Positions 31,173-42,024 of a stretch of DNA of 64,000 nt are shown in pieces. This DNA is from an uncultured Arcobacter sp. (GTDB taxonomy: Bacteria > Campylobacterota > Campylobacteria > Campylobacterales > Arcobacteraceae), in assembly GCA_965140705.1 (NCBI GenBank), contig OZ223300.1:1983479-2047478 (forward strand), in the 5' to 3' direction. Position numbers and translations under genes: made by a program. The notes under the pieces were generated by a model. The model had not been told where the DNA came from. It was given only the letters and a program-made list of their open reading frames with translations, and did not search any database. Within the stretch, counting starts at the first letter, position 1. Each line of letters begins with the position of its first letter.

Positions 31173-31577
31173 TTACTTCCCTACTCTTTTATTAGCTCCA
31201 CTCATAAGTCTATCTTTAGTAACTATCGCTCTTGTATGAGTTCCTGTACCAATAACTCCCCCTGAATCAACAACTTCTAAACTAAATTTGTAAAGCTTCC
31301 CTTCCATACCTTCAAAAGTTGCAGTTGAAATTGCCACATCTCCACTTAAAGTTGGAGCTAGATGTTTTATATTTACTTCAACTCCTACTGATAATTGCCC
31401 CTCTTCTAAAAATGGTATTAAAATTTTTGCAGCTGAACACTCCATAAGTGCTACCATTCTAGCTGTTGCAAATACTTCTGGAAAATTATCTTCAGATGAG
31501 ATTTGTAAATTTTTTGCTAAATCTTTATCTTCTACTTTAAATTCAATACTATCTTTTGTACCAATTTCTAATTCCAT
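31173..31577 (-). CDS. FlK-like hotdog thioesterase
   Basis: VFAT...ME...HLAPT (Thr-Glu-His). Confidence 0.85.
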   Translation of the reverse strand: MELEIGTKDSIEFKVEDKDLAKNLQISSEDNFPEVFATARMVALMECSAAKILIPFLEEGQLSVGVEVNIKHLAPTLSGDVAISTATFEGMEGKLYKFSLEVVDSGGVIGTGTHTRAIVTKDRLMSGANKRVGK

Positions 31578-31694
31578 ATTTTAACTCCTTTGATTTTTTA
31601 TATTTTATATTTTATTTACTTAAAGACAAAAAATGTCCTTTATTTACTAATTTACCTAATTTAGCTATAATCCGCCAAAAATAAATGGATAAAG

Positions 31695-32114
31695 ATGATT
31701 GACTTTGATAATCAAACAAAAATTGATATAGATGTAAGTTCATTAGAAACAATAAAAAATGAACTTAGTTCAAAAGATATTGAACTAATACTTGTATACA
31801 ATGATGAAATAAAAACTTTAAACAAAGAGCACAGAAATATAGACAAAGCTACAGATGTACTTAGTTTCCCACTTGAATATGATATGCCAAATATGCCTTT
31901 AGGTTCTATTGTCATTTCTGTTGATTTTGTGGAAGAGAAAGCAAAAGAGTATAATCACAGCTTTTTAGATGAATTAACACTTCTTTTTATCCATGGTATG
32001 CTTCATTTATTGGGATATGATCATGAAGTTGATAATGGGGAACATAGAAAAAAAGAAGAAGAGTTAATCAAAAAATACAATCTTCCAGATAGTTTAATTG
32101 TAAGGAATTCATAA
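31695..32114 (+). CDS. ybeY: rRNA maturation endonuclease YbeY
   Basis: TDVLSFP, HGMLHLLGYDH. Confidence 0.96.
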   Translation: MIDFDNQTKIDIDVSSLETIKNELSSKDIELILVYNDEIKTLNKEHRNIDKATDVLSFPLEYDMPNMPLGSIVISVDFVEEKAKEYNHSFLDELTLLFIHGMLHLLGYDHEVDNGEHRKKEEELIKKYNLPDSLIVRNS

Positions 32115-33035
32115 ATGGATATTTTAATTTTTATTGTTTCAATGACAGCTTTAATTTTTGGAGCTGATTTTATAATACAACAAAGTGAAAAAATAGCACT
32201 TCATTATAATATCTCACCTTTTATTATAGGAGCTACCTTAGTTGCAGTTGGTACTAGTTTACCTGAAATGGCTGTATCTATATCTGCTTCCTTAAAAGGA
32301 AGTCCTGACATTGCAGTTGCAAATGTGATTGGAAGTACTATTTTTAATATTTCTTTAGTATTGGGCTCTGTATTTTTATTGGCTAAAAAAATAGTTCCAG
32401 ATAGGGACCTTTTTGCTAAAGATTCTGCTTGGTCATTATTTCCTATTTTTATTTTTATACTTATGAGTATAGATGGTAAATTAACATTTTTTGATGGTCT
32501 TTTATTCTTACTATTAATGTGTGCTTTCTTACTTTTCCTAATCTCTTCAAATCAAGTAGATATGATAGATGAAGAATTAAAAAAAGAGCCTTTTGGATGG
32601 GGAAAATCAGGACTATTTTTAGTTATAGGTTTTATTTTAACAATAGGTGGGGCTGATTTTGCAATCGATAGTGCTACAAATATAGCAAGAAGTTTTGGAA
32701 TTAGCGAATGGTTAATTGGACTATTTTTAGTTGCCTTTGGCACAAGTTTACCAGAACTTACTATTTCCGTAAAAGCTGCATTAAATAACCAAGCTGATTT
32801 GGCAATAGGTAATATTATAGGTTCAAATGTTGCCAATTTTACAATGGTTTTAGGATTATCTGCAATGGTTAATCCATTGAATGTTAATTTGAGTGCAAAC
32901 TTATTTGATATAGTGGCAGCTTTGATTTTGTCAATAATGTTAGTATTTATCACTGCTAATAAAATGTATAATAAAAGTGCGGGTATTGCGTTGTTGATTG
33001 TATTTGCGTTAGTAATACAAAATAGCTTTTTTTAA
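32115..33035 (+). CDS. Calcium/sodium antiporter (YrbG-like)
   Basis: Two GTSLPE repeats, GNIIGSN. Confidence 0.92.
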   Translation: MDILIFIVSMTALIFGADFIIQQSEKIALHYNISPFIIGATLVAVGTSLPEMAVSISASLKGSPDIAVANVIGSTIFNISLVLGSVFLLAKKIVPDRDLFAKDSAWSLFPIFIFILMSIDGKLTFFDGLLFLLLMCAFLLFLISSNQVDMIDEELKKEPFGWGKSGLFLVIGFILTIGGADFAIDSATNIARSFGISEWLIGLFLVAFGTSLPELTISVKAALNNQADLAIGNIIGSNVANFTMVLGLSAMVNPLNVNLSANLFDIVAALILSIMLVFITANKMYNKSAGIALLIVFALVIQNSFF

Positions 33036-33036
33036 G

Positions 33037-33441
33037 CTATTTTGCACATTGTGAACATACACCTGTAAAAACTACATTTGCATGTTTTACATTAAATTCA
33101 CTTTGAGATTCTAATTCTTTTAAAACACTAGAAGTATCTATAATTATATCTTCGATTTTTTTACACTTTTCACAAACTAAATGAGAGTGTTCCTCTTTTA
33201 TTAATTCATAAACAGATTTTTCATTAGGTATTTTTACCTCAGATATAAAAAACTTCTCTACCATCGAATTTACATTTTTATAAATCGTTGCTAGTGAAAT
33301 TGAAGGGAACTTACTTAACATACTTGCATAAAGCTCATCAATATTTATATGACCTTTGTGATAAAGTTCTTCAACTATAGCTATTCTTTGAGGTGTTACT
33401 TTCAAATTAAACTCTTTTAATAATTTACTAGAATTTTCCAT
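33037..33441 (-). CDS. Fur family regulator, probably PerR
   Basis: TPQR, SLATIYK, HSHLVCEKC, CSQC; divergent from dps and rubrerythrin. Confidence 0.88.
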   Translation of the reverse strand: MENSSKLLKEFNLKVTPQRIAIVEELYHKGHINIDELYASMLSKFPSISLATIYKNVNSMVEKFFISEVKIPNEKSVYELIKEEHSHLVCEKCKKIEDIIIDTSSVLKELESQSEFNVKHANVVFTGVCSQCAK

Positions 33442-33514
33442 GACGCCTCCTTTATAATATGTGTAATAGTTTTATACTAATATTCGAATAGTAGTATAAG
33501 TAAGATAAACTTTA

Positions 33515-33663
33515 GTTAAAGAAAATAATTATTCTTTAACTATTATTTTAAATTAAGAATGAAAATCAAAATTTACACTTCAATTATTAATAAAAACTAT
33601 CAAAAGAAAATAATTATCCTTTAAGTTTTATTCTATTAGAATTCTTAAAGGAAAAAATTATCC
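33515..33663. promoter_or_regulatory. Three related operator-like sites between Fur-family gene and dps
   Basis: AAAGAAAATAATTATTC, AAAGAAAATAATTATCC, AAAGGAAAAAATTATCC. Confidence 0.55.
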
Positions 33664-33686
33664 ACAAAACAAAAAAAGGAATTTAA

Positions 33687-34124
33687 ATGAAAAATTTAAC
33701 AAAACAATTAAAAGTTATCCAAGCAAGTTCTCTTGTAATGTTTACAAAAGTACATAACTACCATTGGAATATAAAAGGTATGCAGTTCTTTCCAATACAT
33801 GAAATGACTGAAAAAATTTATGGTGAATTTAGTTCAATATATGATGATACAGCAGAAAGATTATTACAATTAGGAGATAAACCGATTGTATTATTAAGTG
33901 AGTTATCAAAAACATCTTTAATAAAAGAAGATGAAAAAACTGATTTTGATGCAAAATATGTATTAGAAAATATATTAGCTGACTTTGAAATATTTATGAA
34001 AGAGTTTAAAAAACTATCAACATTGGCAAGTGAAAACAATGATAATACTACTGTGACATTTGCAGATGAAAATGTTGCACATCTAGAAAAAAGCATCTGG
34101 ATGATAAAAGCAACACTTAATTAA
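33687..34124 (+). CDS. dps: DNA protection during starvation protein
   Basis: HNYHWNIKG, FFPIHE, DDTAER, EKSIWM. Confidence 0.95.
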   Translation: MKNLTKQLKVIQASSLVMFTKVHNYHWNIKGMQFFPIHEMTEKIYGEFSSIYDDTAERLLQLGDKPIVLLSELSKTSLIKEDEKTDFDAKYVLENILADFEIFMKEFKKLSTLASENNDNTTVTFADENVAHLEKSIWMIKATLN

Positions 34125-34200
34125 TTCTTATATTTAAGTTTGGATGAATTATAATCTTAATTGATAAAATTCATCTAAAACTTAATATTAAGGGAAAATA

Positions 34201-34854
34201 ATGAGACAACACGAATCTTATAAATGTAATAAATGTGGAAATATAATAGAAGTATCAAATGTTGGTGGAGGAGTTCTTTCTTGCTGTGGCGAAGAGATGA
34301 CCTGTATTACGACTGATTTAACATCAGTTGTTCTAATGAAAGCTTTTGCAGGTGAATCAATGGCTAGAAATAAATATGAATATTATGCAAAAGTTGCACA
34401 AAAAGAAGGATACAGAGATATCGCTGAACACTTTCAAAGAGCCGCAAATAATGAAAAAATGCATGCTAAACTAGAATATAAAGCCTACAATGTTTTAAAT
34501 TATGATAGAGAGTTTGCTAATACAAGTGAAAATCTTCAAATAGCAGCTGATGGTGAAAATTATGAAAATACAACTATGTATCCAGACTTTGCAAAAATTG
34601 CAAAAGATGAAGGTCATAAAGATATTGCAAGAATGTTAGAAATGATTGGTAAAATCGAAATAGAACATGAAAATATGTACAAAAGTTTAAAACAAAGACT
34701 TGATTCTGGTGCTGAATATGTTAGCGAAGATGAGGAAGAAGAGTGGATTTGTGAAGTTTGTGGACATGTACATAGAGGTAAAAAAGCTCTTAAAATGTGT
34801 CCTGTATGTAAACACCCTCAAGAGTATCAATCAAGATTAAACTCTAAAAAATAA
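34201..34854 (+). CDS. Desulforubrerythrin (desulforedoxin-rubrerythrin-rubredoxin)
   Basis: CNKC...CCG; AFAGES, EKMH, EIEH; CEVC...CPVC. Confidence 0.9.
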   Translation: MRQHESYKCNKCGNIIEVSNVGGGVLSCCGEEMTCITTDLTSVVLMKAFAGESMARNKYEYYAKVAQKEGYRDIAEHFQRAANNEKMHAKLEYKAYNVLNYDREFANTSENLQIAADGENYENTTMYPDFAKIAKDEGHKDIARMLEMIGKIEIEHENMYKSLKQRLDSGAEYVSEDEEEEWICEVCGHVHRGKKALKMCPVCKHPQEYQSRLNSKK

Positions 34855-34863
34855 AATCTTATT

Positions 34864-34895
34864 TTAGGTTATTTGTCAAATTCAAATAACCTAAA
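34864..34895 (+). terminator. Hairpin after rubrerythrin
   Basis: TTTAGGTTATTTG-tcaaatt-CAAATAACCTAAA. Confidence 0.6.
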
Positions 34896-34934
34896 TCTCA
34901 ACATAATCTAATAGTATAAACTATATAATCTCTT

Positions 34935-36488
34935 ATGATAATAAGAGCCCTATTCCTAATATTTTTTACATATAATCTAACTCTTGCAAAAGATTTCACA
35001 ATAGCTTCTTATAATGTAGAAAATTTCTTTGATTTAAAATATGATAAGACAGAATATAAAGAGTTTATTCCAAATACAAAATCAAACTGGAATCAAACGA
35101 CATATAACACAAAACTAAAGCACATAGTAAAAGTAATAAAGGACTTAAATAAAGATATAGTTGCATTACAAGAAGTAGAATCAAAACAAGCCTTTAGTGA
35201 TCTTGCAAAAAATTTGCCCCAATACAAATACTCAATTTTCAAAAAATACAAAACTTCAAGCATAGGACTTGGAATACTAAGCAAATATGAAATAACAAAT
35301 TATGAACTTATTGATGTAAAACACTCAAAAGTAAATCGCCCTATTTTAAAAGTGACACTAAATATAGATAATCACAAATTTATCATTTTTAATAACCATT
35401 GGCCATCAAAAAGAAAAGAAGAGAATCAAAGAATTTTATATGCCCAAGCTATAGAAGAGTATATAAAAAATCTAAAAGAAGATGTTGATTATGTTATTTT
35501 AGGAGATTTAAATTCAAATTACAATGAATTTGAAACTTTCAAATACTCAAAATTAAATAATACTTATGATTTAACAGGCATAAATGATGTTTTAAATACC
35601 GTAATAAAAGGTAAGTTTATCTCTAAAAATGAGATTTTAAAGTATGATAAAAAAGTACATTACAATCTATGGTTAGAATTAAATTATAATCAAAGATTTT
35701 CATATAAATTTAGAGGAGAAAATGAAACCCCTGATAATATTATTTTACCAAAAGCTTTATTTGATGATAAAAATATCTCTTATGTAAATAATAGCTTTCA
35801 AGTTTTCAAACCAAATTATTTAATAAAAGATGGAAAAATATTTAGATGGAAGATAAAAAATAATATCCACCAAAATAGTGGATATTCTGATCACTTACCA
35901 ATTTATGCAACATTTACAACAGACAAAGTAATAAAACAAACACCTGTAAAAGTAAACCTAATAAGTGAACTTTACACTAATAATAACCTTTCTTATCCTA
36001 TATTTTTATCTAACATAAACTTAGTGTATAAAACAGATGAAATAGCCATCATAAAACAAAAAAATGATAGAGCAATATTTGTTTATAAAAATGTAGAAAA
36101 ATTAAAATATAACAAAAACTACACTCTAAAAATAAATCAAACTAAAAGATTCAATGGACTATTAGAAATAAATGATTTCCAAATATTAGATAAAAAGGAA
36201 GATAAGCTAAATAAAAAATCCCTCTATTTAGATGCTTCTAAATATGATATATTAGAAAATAAGTTTCAAAATGAAGTTATATACAATATCTTTGGATTTA
36301 TGCAAAACAACTATTTACACTATATTTTTAAAAATAAAGAAAAAAAAATAAGAGTTTATACAAAGAATAAAGGGCTTTTACCAAAAAATGGGCAAAAAAT
36401 TACTATAATAAATGCTCATTTAGGTTTTTACAAATCAAAACCACAAATAATACTCTATAAAAAAAGTGACTACAAATATGTTGATTAA
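34935..36488 (+). CDS. Secreted endonuclease/exonuclease/phosphatase family protein
   Basis: Signal peptide, SYNVEN, LQEVE, NHWPS, GDLN, SDHLP. Confidence 0.88.
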   Translation: MIIRALFLIFFTYNLTLAKDFTIASYNVENFFDLKYDKTEYKEFIPNTKSNWNQTTYNTKLKHIVKVIKDLNKDIVALQEVESKQAFSDLAKNLPQYKYSIFKKYKTSSIGLGILSKYEITNYELIDVKHSKVNRPILKVTLNIDNHKFIIFNNHWPSKRKEENQRILYAQAIEEYIKNLKEDVDYVILGDLNSNYNEFETFKYSKLNNTYDLTGINDVLNTVIKGKFISKNEILKYDKKVHYNLWLELNYNQRFSYKFRGENETPDNIILPKALFDDKNISYVNNSFQVFKPNYLIKDGKIFRWKIKNNIHQNSGYSDHLPIYATFTTDKVIKQTPVKVNLISELYTNNNLSYPIFLSNINLVYKTDEIAIIKQKNDRAIFVYKNVEKLKYNKNYTLKINQTKRFNGLLEINDFQILDKKEDKLNKKSLYLDASKYDILENKFQNEVIYNIFGFMQNNYLHYIFKNKEKKIRVYTKNKGLLPKNGQKITIINAHLGFYKSKPQIILYKKSDYKYVD

Positions 36489-37779
36489 ATCTATTTTTAC
36501 AAATAGTAGTGGAATTTTAGTATCAAGAATACTAGGTTTTATAAGGGATTTACTTACTGCTTCTATTTTAGGAGCAAATATATATTCTGATATATTTTTT
36601 GTAGCTTTTAAACTACCAAACCTATTTAGAAGAATATTTGCAGAAGGAGCTTTTACCCAAGCATTTATTCCAGCTTACGCAAAAACAAAACAAAAAATAA
36701 GATTTACAAGCGCCATATTTTTACAATTTTTAGCACTTATCTTGTTTCTTTCACTTTTAGTGACCCTATTTTCAAAGTTTATCACACATGTTATAGCTTT
36801 AGGATTTGATGCTAAGACTGTAGATTTAGCAGCACCACTTGTGGCAATAAACTTTTACTATTTACCTATGATATTTATAGTGACTTTTATGGCTGCTCTT
36901 TTACAATATAAACATCACTTTGCTACTACTGCTTTTTCAACAGCTTTGTTGAATCTAGCATTAATAGCAGCTCTTCTTTTATCAAGAAACTTAGGAAAAT
37001 ATGAGATAACATATTACATGTCTTATGGGGTTTTAGTTGGTGGATTTTTACAAATTTTAGTACATCTTATTGCTATAAAAAAGAAAAATTTACTTAAAGT
37101 TTTTACTTTCAATAAGATAAATATAAATGAGAATAAATTTTACAAAAACTTTGTAAGTGCCACATTAGGAAGTTCTACTTCTCATATTTCTGCATTTTTA
37201 GATACTTGGTTAGCTTCATTTTTAGTAAGTGGCTCTATTTCTTATTTATACTATGCAAATAGAGTTTTTCAGCTTCCCTTAGCACTTTTTGCAATAGCAA
37301 CTTCAACTGCACTTTTTCCTATGATTGCAAAAGCAATTAAAAATAAAGATGAAAATAATGCTCTAAGATTAATGAAAAAATCAACTATAATATTAACAGC
37401 CCTATTAGCAATTTCAACTCTAATAGGAATTGTTTTTGATAAGTTTATAGTTCAATTACTTTTCCAAAGGGGTGCTTTTACAAGTGAAGATACTGTAAAT
37501 ACTGCATTGATTCTTAGCATGTATTTAATAGGTCTTATTCCTTTTGGAATTGCAAAAATATTTTCTCTATGGCTATACTCACACGAAAAGCAATTTTTAG
37601 CTGCAAAAATCTCTATGAAAGCACTTGGCTTTAACATAGTTTTTTCACTTATTTTAATCACTCCTTATGGAGCAGCAGGTTTAGCTTTTGCATCAACGTT
37701 GAGCGGGTTTATTCTATTTTTTCTTACAATAAAAGAGTTTGGATTTAGAAAATTTAAACAACTTATTTTTAGCAAATAA
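36478..37779 (+). CDS. murJ: Lipid II flippase MurJ
   Basis: SRILGFIRD, PNLFRRIFAEGAF, YYANRVFQLP; ATG 36478 preferred to GTG 36466. Confidence 0.95.
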   Translation: MLIKSIFTNSSGILVSRILGFIRDLLTASILGANIYSDIFFVAFKLPNLFRRIFAEGAFTQAFIPAYAKTKQKIRFTSAIFLQFLALILFLSLLVTLFSKFITHVIALGFDAKTVDLAAPLVAINFYYLPMIFIVTFMAALLQYKHHFATTAFSTALLNLALIAALLLSRNLGKYEITYYMSYGVLVGGFLQILVHLIAIKKKNLLKVFTFNKININENKFYKNFVSATLGSSTSHISAFLDTWLASFLVSGSISYLYYANRVFQLPLALFAIATSTALFPMIAKAIKNKDENNALRLMKKSTIILTALLAISTLIGIVFDKFIVQLLFQRGAFTSEDTVNTALILSMYLIGLIPFGIAKIFSLWLYSHEKQFLAAKISMKALGFNIVFSLILITPYGAAGLAFASTLSGFILFFLTIKEFGFRKFKQLIFSK

Positions 37780-37847
37780 TAATTTTAGCTTTTTATTAAA
37801 TATTTTAGATATAATCTGCCTTTATCACAAAAGATTTCAGGAATTTA

Positions 37848-39557
37848 ATGAGACAATTTTTTAAACAATACGTACCCTATTATAAAAACTATATTTTAAA
37901 ATTTTTCTATGCTTTTATTGGTATGGCACTAGTTGCTGGTGGTACTAGTGGAAGTGCTTATGTTATAAAACCCCTACTTGATGAAATATTTATAGCAAAA
38001 AATTCTGCGATGTTACACACAATTCCATTTATGGTTGTTGGCTTATACTTTGCAAAAGGTTTTGGTGGATATATTCAAGCTTATTATATCTCTTATATTG
38101 GACAAGATATTGTAAGAATCGTCAGAGACAAACTTTTAGCCCATGTATTAACCCTAGATATTGATTTCTTTCAAAAAAAACATGGGGGAGAACTAATATC
38201 TCGAATTACCAATGATATAAATAGAATCCAAGCAGCAGTTTCAAGTCAAATAGCTGAGATTATTAGAGAAGGTCTTACAATTATTGCTTTAATTGGAGTT
38301 GTTATATACCAAAGTGCTGAATTGGCATTTTATGGTTTAGTTATACTTCCTACAGCAATTTATCCCCTTACAATTTTAGCTAAAAAGATGAAAAAACTAT
38401 CATTTAGATCACAAGAATCAAACTCTGATATTACTTCTAATTTAAGTGAGACTTTTAATAATATAGAGATAATTAAAGCAAATTCAACAGAGTTTTTAGA
38501 AGCTAAAAAATTCCAAGCACACAATAAAAACTTTTTTAATATAAATATAAAATCAGTAAAAACAAATGAGCTAGTATCTCCTATAATGGAAACATTAGGT
38601 GCTATTGCTATTGCTGTTGTTATTATTGTAGGAGGAAGAGAAGTTATACAAGGTGAGCTAACAGTTGGTTCTTTTTTCTCTTTTATGACAGCCCTTTTTA
38701 TGCTTTATACTCCAGTAAAAAGATTATCAAGTTTATATAATAAAATGCAAGATGCCCTAGCAGCTAGTGAAAGAGTTAATGAAATATTTAATACAAAAGC
38801 TACTATTTTAACGGGAAGTGAAGAGTTCCCTTCAAAAATACAAACAGTTGAATTTAAAAATGCCCAACTAAAATATGATGATTTTACTGCTTTAAATAGC
38901 ATCAATCTAAAAGCTTCTAGAGGTGAGAAAATTGCCTTAGTTGGAGATAGTGGTGGTGGTAAATCTTCATTGGTAAATCTGATTATTAGATTTTATGAAA
39001 TAAGCGAAGGTGAAATACTATTTAATAATAAATCAATAAAAGATATTGATATCAAATCACTTAGAGACCAAATATCAATTGTCACACAAAGGGTATATAT
39101 CTTCAATGATACAATTGCAGCAAATGTGGCTTATGGACAAGAATTGGATGAACAAAAAGTAATTGATGCACTTAAACAAGCCCATGCTTATAATTTTGTA
39201 ATGTCACTTGAAAATGGAGTTCAGACAAAACTAGATGAATTTGGTACAAACTTAAGTGGAGGTCAAAGACAAAGAATAGCAATAGCTAGAGCTTTATACA
39301 AAAACCCACAAATACTTATCTTAGATGAAGCAACTTCAGCCCTTGATAATGAGAGTGAATCTATTATCTCAGAAGTTATTGATGAAGTTAGTAAAGATAA
39401 AATTACATTTGTAATAGCACATAGATTAAGTACAATCAAAAGTGCAGATAGAATTGCTGTATTTAAAGGTGGAGAAATAGTTTGCCAAGGTAATGAAGAA
39501 CAATTATTAAATAATTGTAAAGAATACCAAAGGCTACATAATTTGGCAAATATTTAA
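37848..39557 (+). CDS. msbA: MsbA-like ABC exporter
   Basis: TMD plus GDSGGGKS, LSGGQRQR, LDEATSALD. Confidence 0.8.
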   Translation: MRQFFKQYVPYYKNYILKFFYAFIGMALVAGGTSGSAYVIKPLLDEIFIAKNSAMLHTIPFMVVGLYFAKGFGGYIQAYYISYIGQDIVRIVRDKLLAHVLTLDIDFFQKKHGGELISRITNDINRIQAAVSSQIAEIIREGLTIIALIGVVIYQSAELAFYGLVILPTAIYPLTILAKKMKKLSFRSQESNSDITSNLSETFNNIEIIKANSTEFLEAKKFQAHNKNFFNINIKSVKTNELVSPIMETLGAIAIAVVIIVGGREVIQGELTVGSFFSFMTALFMLYTPVKRLSSLYNKMQDALAASERVNEIFNTKATILTGSEEFPSKIQTVEFKNAQLKYDDFTALNSINLKASRGEKIALVGDSGGGKSSLVNLIIRFYEISEGEILFNNKSIKDIDIKSLRDQISIVTQRVYIFNDTIAANVAYGQELDEQKVIDALKQAHAYNFVMSLENGVQTKLDEFGTNLSGGQRQRIAIARALYKNPQILILDEATSALDNESESIISEVIDEVSKDKITFVIAHRLSTIKSADRIAVFKGGEIVCQGNEEQLLNNCKEYQRLHNLANI

Positions 39558-39611
39558 TAAAGAAATATTTACAAAATTTTAGATAAAATAATTGATTAAA
39601 AAAGGAAAGAT

Positions 39612-40673
39612 TTGTTCAGCTATAACACATTAAAAAAAGTATTATTTAAATTTCAACCAGAAACTGCACACCACCTTGCTGAATTTGGACTAACAAAATT
39701 ACCTTATTGTCGTACTTTAAATAACTATATGGTTAATAAAAACTTTATATTTGACCATAGGTTATCTCAAGAGGTTTTAGGAATAACTTTTAAAAATCCT
39801 GTTGGCTTAGCTGCTGGATTTGACAAAAATGCTACGATGATAGAATCAATGATGGCTTTAGGTTTTGGTTTTACTGAAATTGGAACAATGACTCCAAGAG
39901 CACAAGATGGAAATCCTAAACCTAGAATGTTTAGATATCCAGAACAAAAATCAGTTCAAAATGCTATGGGATTTAATAATAAAGGTTCATACGATGTAGC
40001 TAAAAATCTTAGAAAAGTTTTTCCTTATGTAATCCCTATTGGTGCAAATATTGGTAAAAATAAAACTACACCTGAAAATATGGCATTAAGCGATTATAAG
40101 ATTTTAATAAATAAATTTAAAGATATAAGTGATTATTTGGTTATAAATATCTCTAGTCCAAATACACCAAATCTTAGAGATTTACAAAATGAAAAGTTCA
40201 TAACAGAACTTTTTACAATGGGAAAAGAACTTACAAAAAAACCAATATTTTTAAAAATAGCTCCAGATATGGATGCTAAAACCGCTGTTGATTTATGTAA
40301 AACGGCTATAAAATCAGGGGCTGCTGGAATTATTGCTACAAATACAACTATTGATTATGATTTGCTTCCAGGATGTCAAAGTTTTGGAGGCTTAAGTGGA
40401 GCTGTTTTAAGTGAAAAATCATATGAGTTATTTAAAGAAATAGCTAAAGAGTTATTTGGAAAAACAATTTTAATATCTGTAGGTGGTATTTCAACACCTG
40501 AAGATGCCTATAGAAGAATAAAAGCAGGTGCTTCACTTATTCAAGTATATTCAGGCCTTATATTTGAAGGTCCATCAATGCTTAGAAAAATAAATGAAGG
40601 AATTTTAAAACTGCTTGAAGAAGATGGTTTTTCAAACATTAATCAAGCAATTGGTGCTGATTTAAAAAAATAA
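39612..40673 (+). CDS. pyrD: Quinone-dependent dihydroorotate dehydrogenase
   Basis: GLAAGFDKN, NISSPNTP, KIAPD, GGLSG. Confidence 0.96.
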   Translation: MFSYNTLKKVLFKFQPETAHHLAEFGLTKLPYCRTLNNYMVNKNFIFDHRLSQEVLGITFKNPVGLAAGFDKNATMIESMMALGFGFTEIGTMTPRAQDGNPKPRMFRYPEQKSVQNAMGFNNKGSYDVAKNLRKVFPYVIPIGANIGKNKTTPENMALSDYKILINKFKDISDYLVINISSPNTPNLRDLQNEKFITELFTMGKELTKKPIFLKIAPDMDAKTAVDLCKTAIKSGAAGIIATNTTIDYDLLPGCQSFGGLSGAVLSEKSYELFKEIAKELFGKTILISVGGISTPEDAYRRIKAGASLIQVYSGLIFEGPSMLRKINEGILKLLEEDGFSNINQAIGADLKK

Positions 40674-40686
40674 AGAGGGTTAATAA

Positions 40687-42024
40687 GTGATTAAATTGAT
40701 ATTGATACAATTCTCACTTCTATTTATATTCGCAGGAGAATTAATGAGTAATAGTTTACCAAAATATTTTACAAAGACTTTAGACAATGGATTACAAATA
40801 GTTGTAATACCTATGGAAAATGGCTCGAATGTTGTTTCAACAGACATTTTCTATAAAGTTGGAAGTAGAAATGAAGTTATGGGGAAAAGTGGAATAGCAC
40901 ATATGCTTGAACACCTAAACTTCAAATCAACGAAAAACCTAAAAGCCGGTGAATTTGATGAAATAGTAAAAGGATTTGGAGGAGTAAATAATGCCTCTAC
41001 TTCCTTTGACTTTACACATTATTATATAAAGTCAAGTTCAAAAAATATGGGTAAATCACTAAAACTTTTTGCAGATTTGATGGAAAATTTAACATTAAAA
41101 GATAAAGAGTTCCAACCAGAGAGAAATGTAGTAGCAGAAGAGAGAAGATGGAGAACAGATAATAATCCAATGGGATATTTACAATTCAGACTTTTCAACA
41201 ATGCCTATATTTATCACCCATATCATTGGACTCCAATTGGATTTACGGATGATATTAAAAATTGGACAATAAAAGATATTAGAGATTTCCATAGTACATA
41301 TTATCAACCAAAGAATGCAATTGTAGTAGTTGCAGGGGATATATCTAAAGAAAATGCTTTTAAATCGGTTAAAAAGTATTTTAAAGATATAAAAAATAAA
41401 AAAGACATCCCAGCAAAAGTTTATACGGTTGAACCAAAGCAAGATGGAGCAAAAAGAGTTATAATAAATAGGGATTCACAAGTTCAAATGTTAGCAATGG
41501 CATACCATATACCTAACTTTGAGAATAAAGATCAAATAGCACTATCAGCCCTTAGTGAACTATTAAGTTCAGGTAAAAGTTCTATTTTAGAAAAAAGACT
41601 TGTAGATGAAAAAAGATTGGTAAACTCTGTATATGCATATAATGTTGAACTAAAAGATCCTGGACTATTCATGTTTATTGCATCATGTAATGAAGGTGTA
41701 AAAGCAGAAGATGTTGAAAAAGAGATATTAAAAATAATAGAAGAGATAAAAGAGGGAAAAATTACAAAAGCTGATTTAGAAAAAATAAAAATAAATACAA
41801 AAGCTGATTTTATTTTTTCACTTGAAAGCTCTAGTTCTGTAGCTTCATTATATGGAAGTTATTTTGTCAAAGATAATATTAAACCCCTATTTTCATATGA
41901 AGATAACATTCAAAACTTAAAAATAAAAGATATTGTAAAAGTTGCAAAAAAATATCTACAAAAAGATAATTCAACAACTTTAATTTTAAGAAAGGATGAG
42001 AAAGGTGGATTACAAGATAAGTAA
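40687..42024 (+). CDS. M16 family zinc peptidase
   Basis: HMLEH inverzincin motif, NASTSFD. Confidence 0.93.
   Translation: MIKLILIQFSLLFIFAGELMSNSLPKYFTKTLDNGLQIVVIPMENGSNVVSTDIFYKVGSRNEVMGKSGIAHMLEHLNFKSTKNLKAGEFDEIVKGFGGVNNASTSFDFTHYYIKSSSKNMGKSLKLFADLMENLTLKDKEFQPERNVVAEERRWRTDNNPMGYLQFRLFNNAYIYHPYHWTPIGFTDDIKNWTIKDIRDFHSTYYQPKNAIVVVAGDISKENAFKSVKKYFKDIKNKKDIPAKVYTVEPKQDGAKRVIINRDSQVQMLAMAYHIPNFENKDQIALSALSELLSSGKSSILEKRLVDEKRLVNSVYAYNVELKDPGLFMFIASCNEGVKAEDVEKEILKIIEEIKEGKITKADLEKIKINTKADFIFSLESSSSVASLYGSYFVKDNIKPLFSYEDNIQNLKIKDIVKVAKKYLQKDNSTTLILRKDEKGGLQDK

Noticed and set aside
31621..31642. GACA-N5-TGTC inverted repeat upstream of the thioesterase
   Set aside because: Short, imperfect, single copy; no regulator can be assigned
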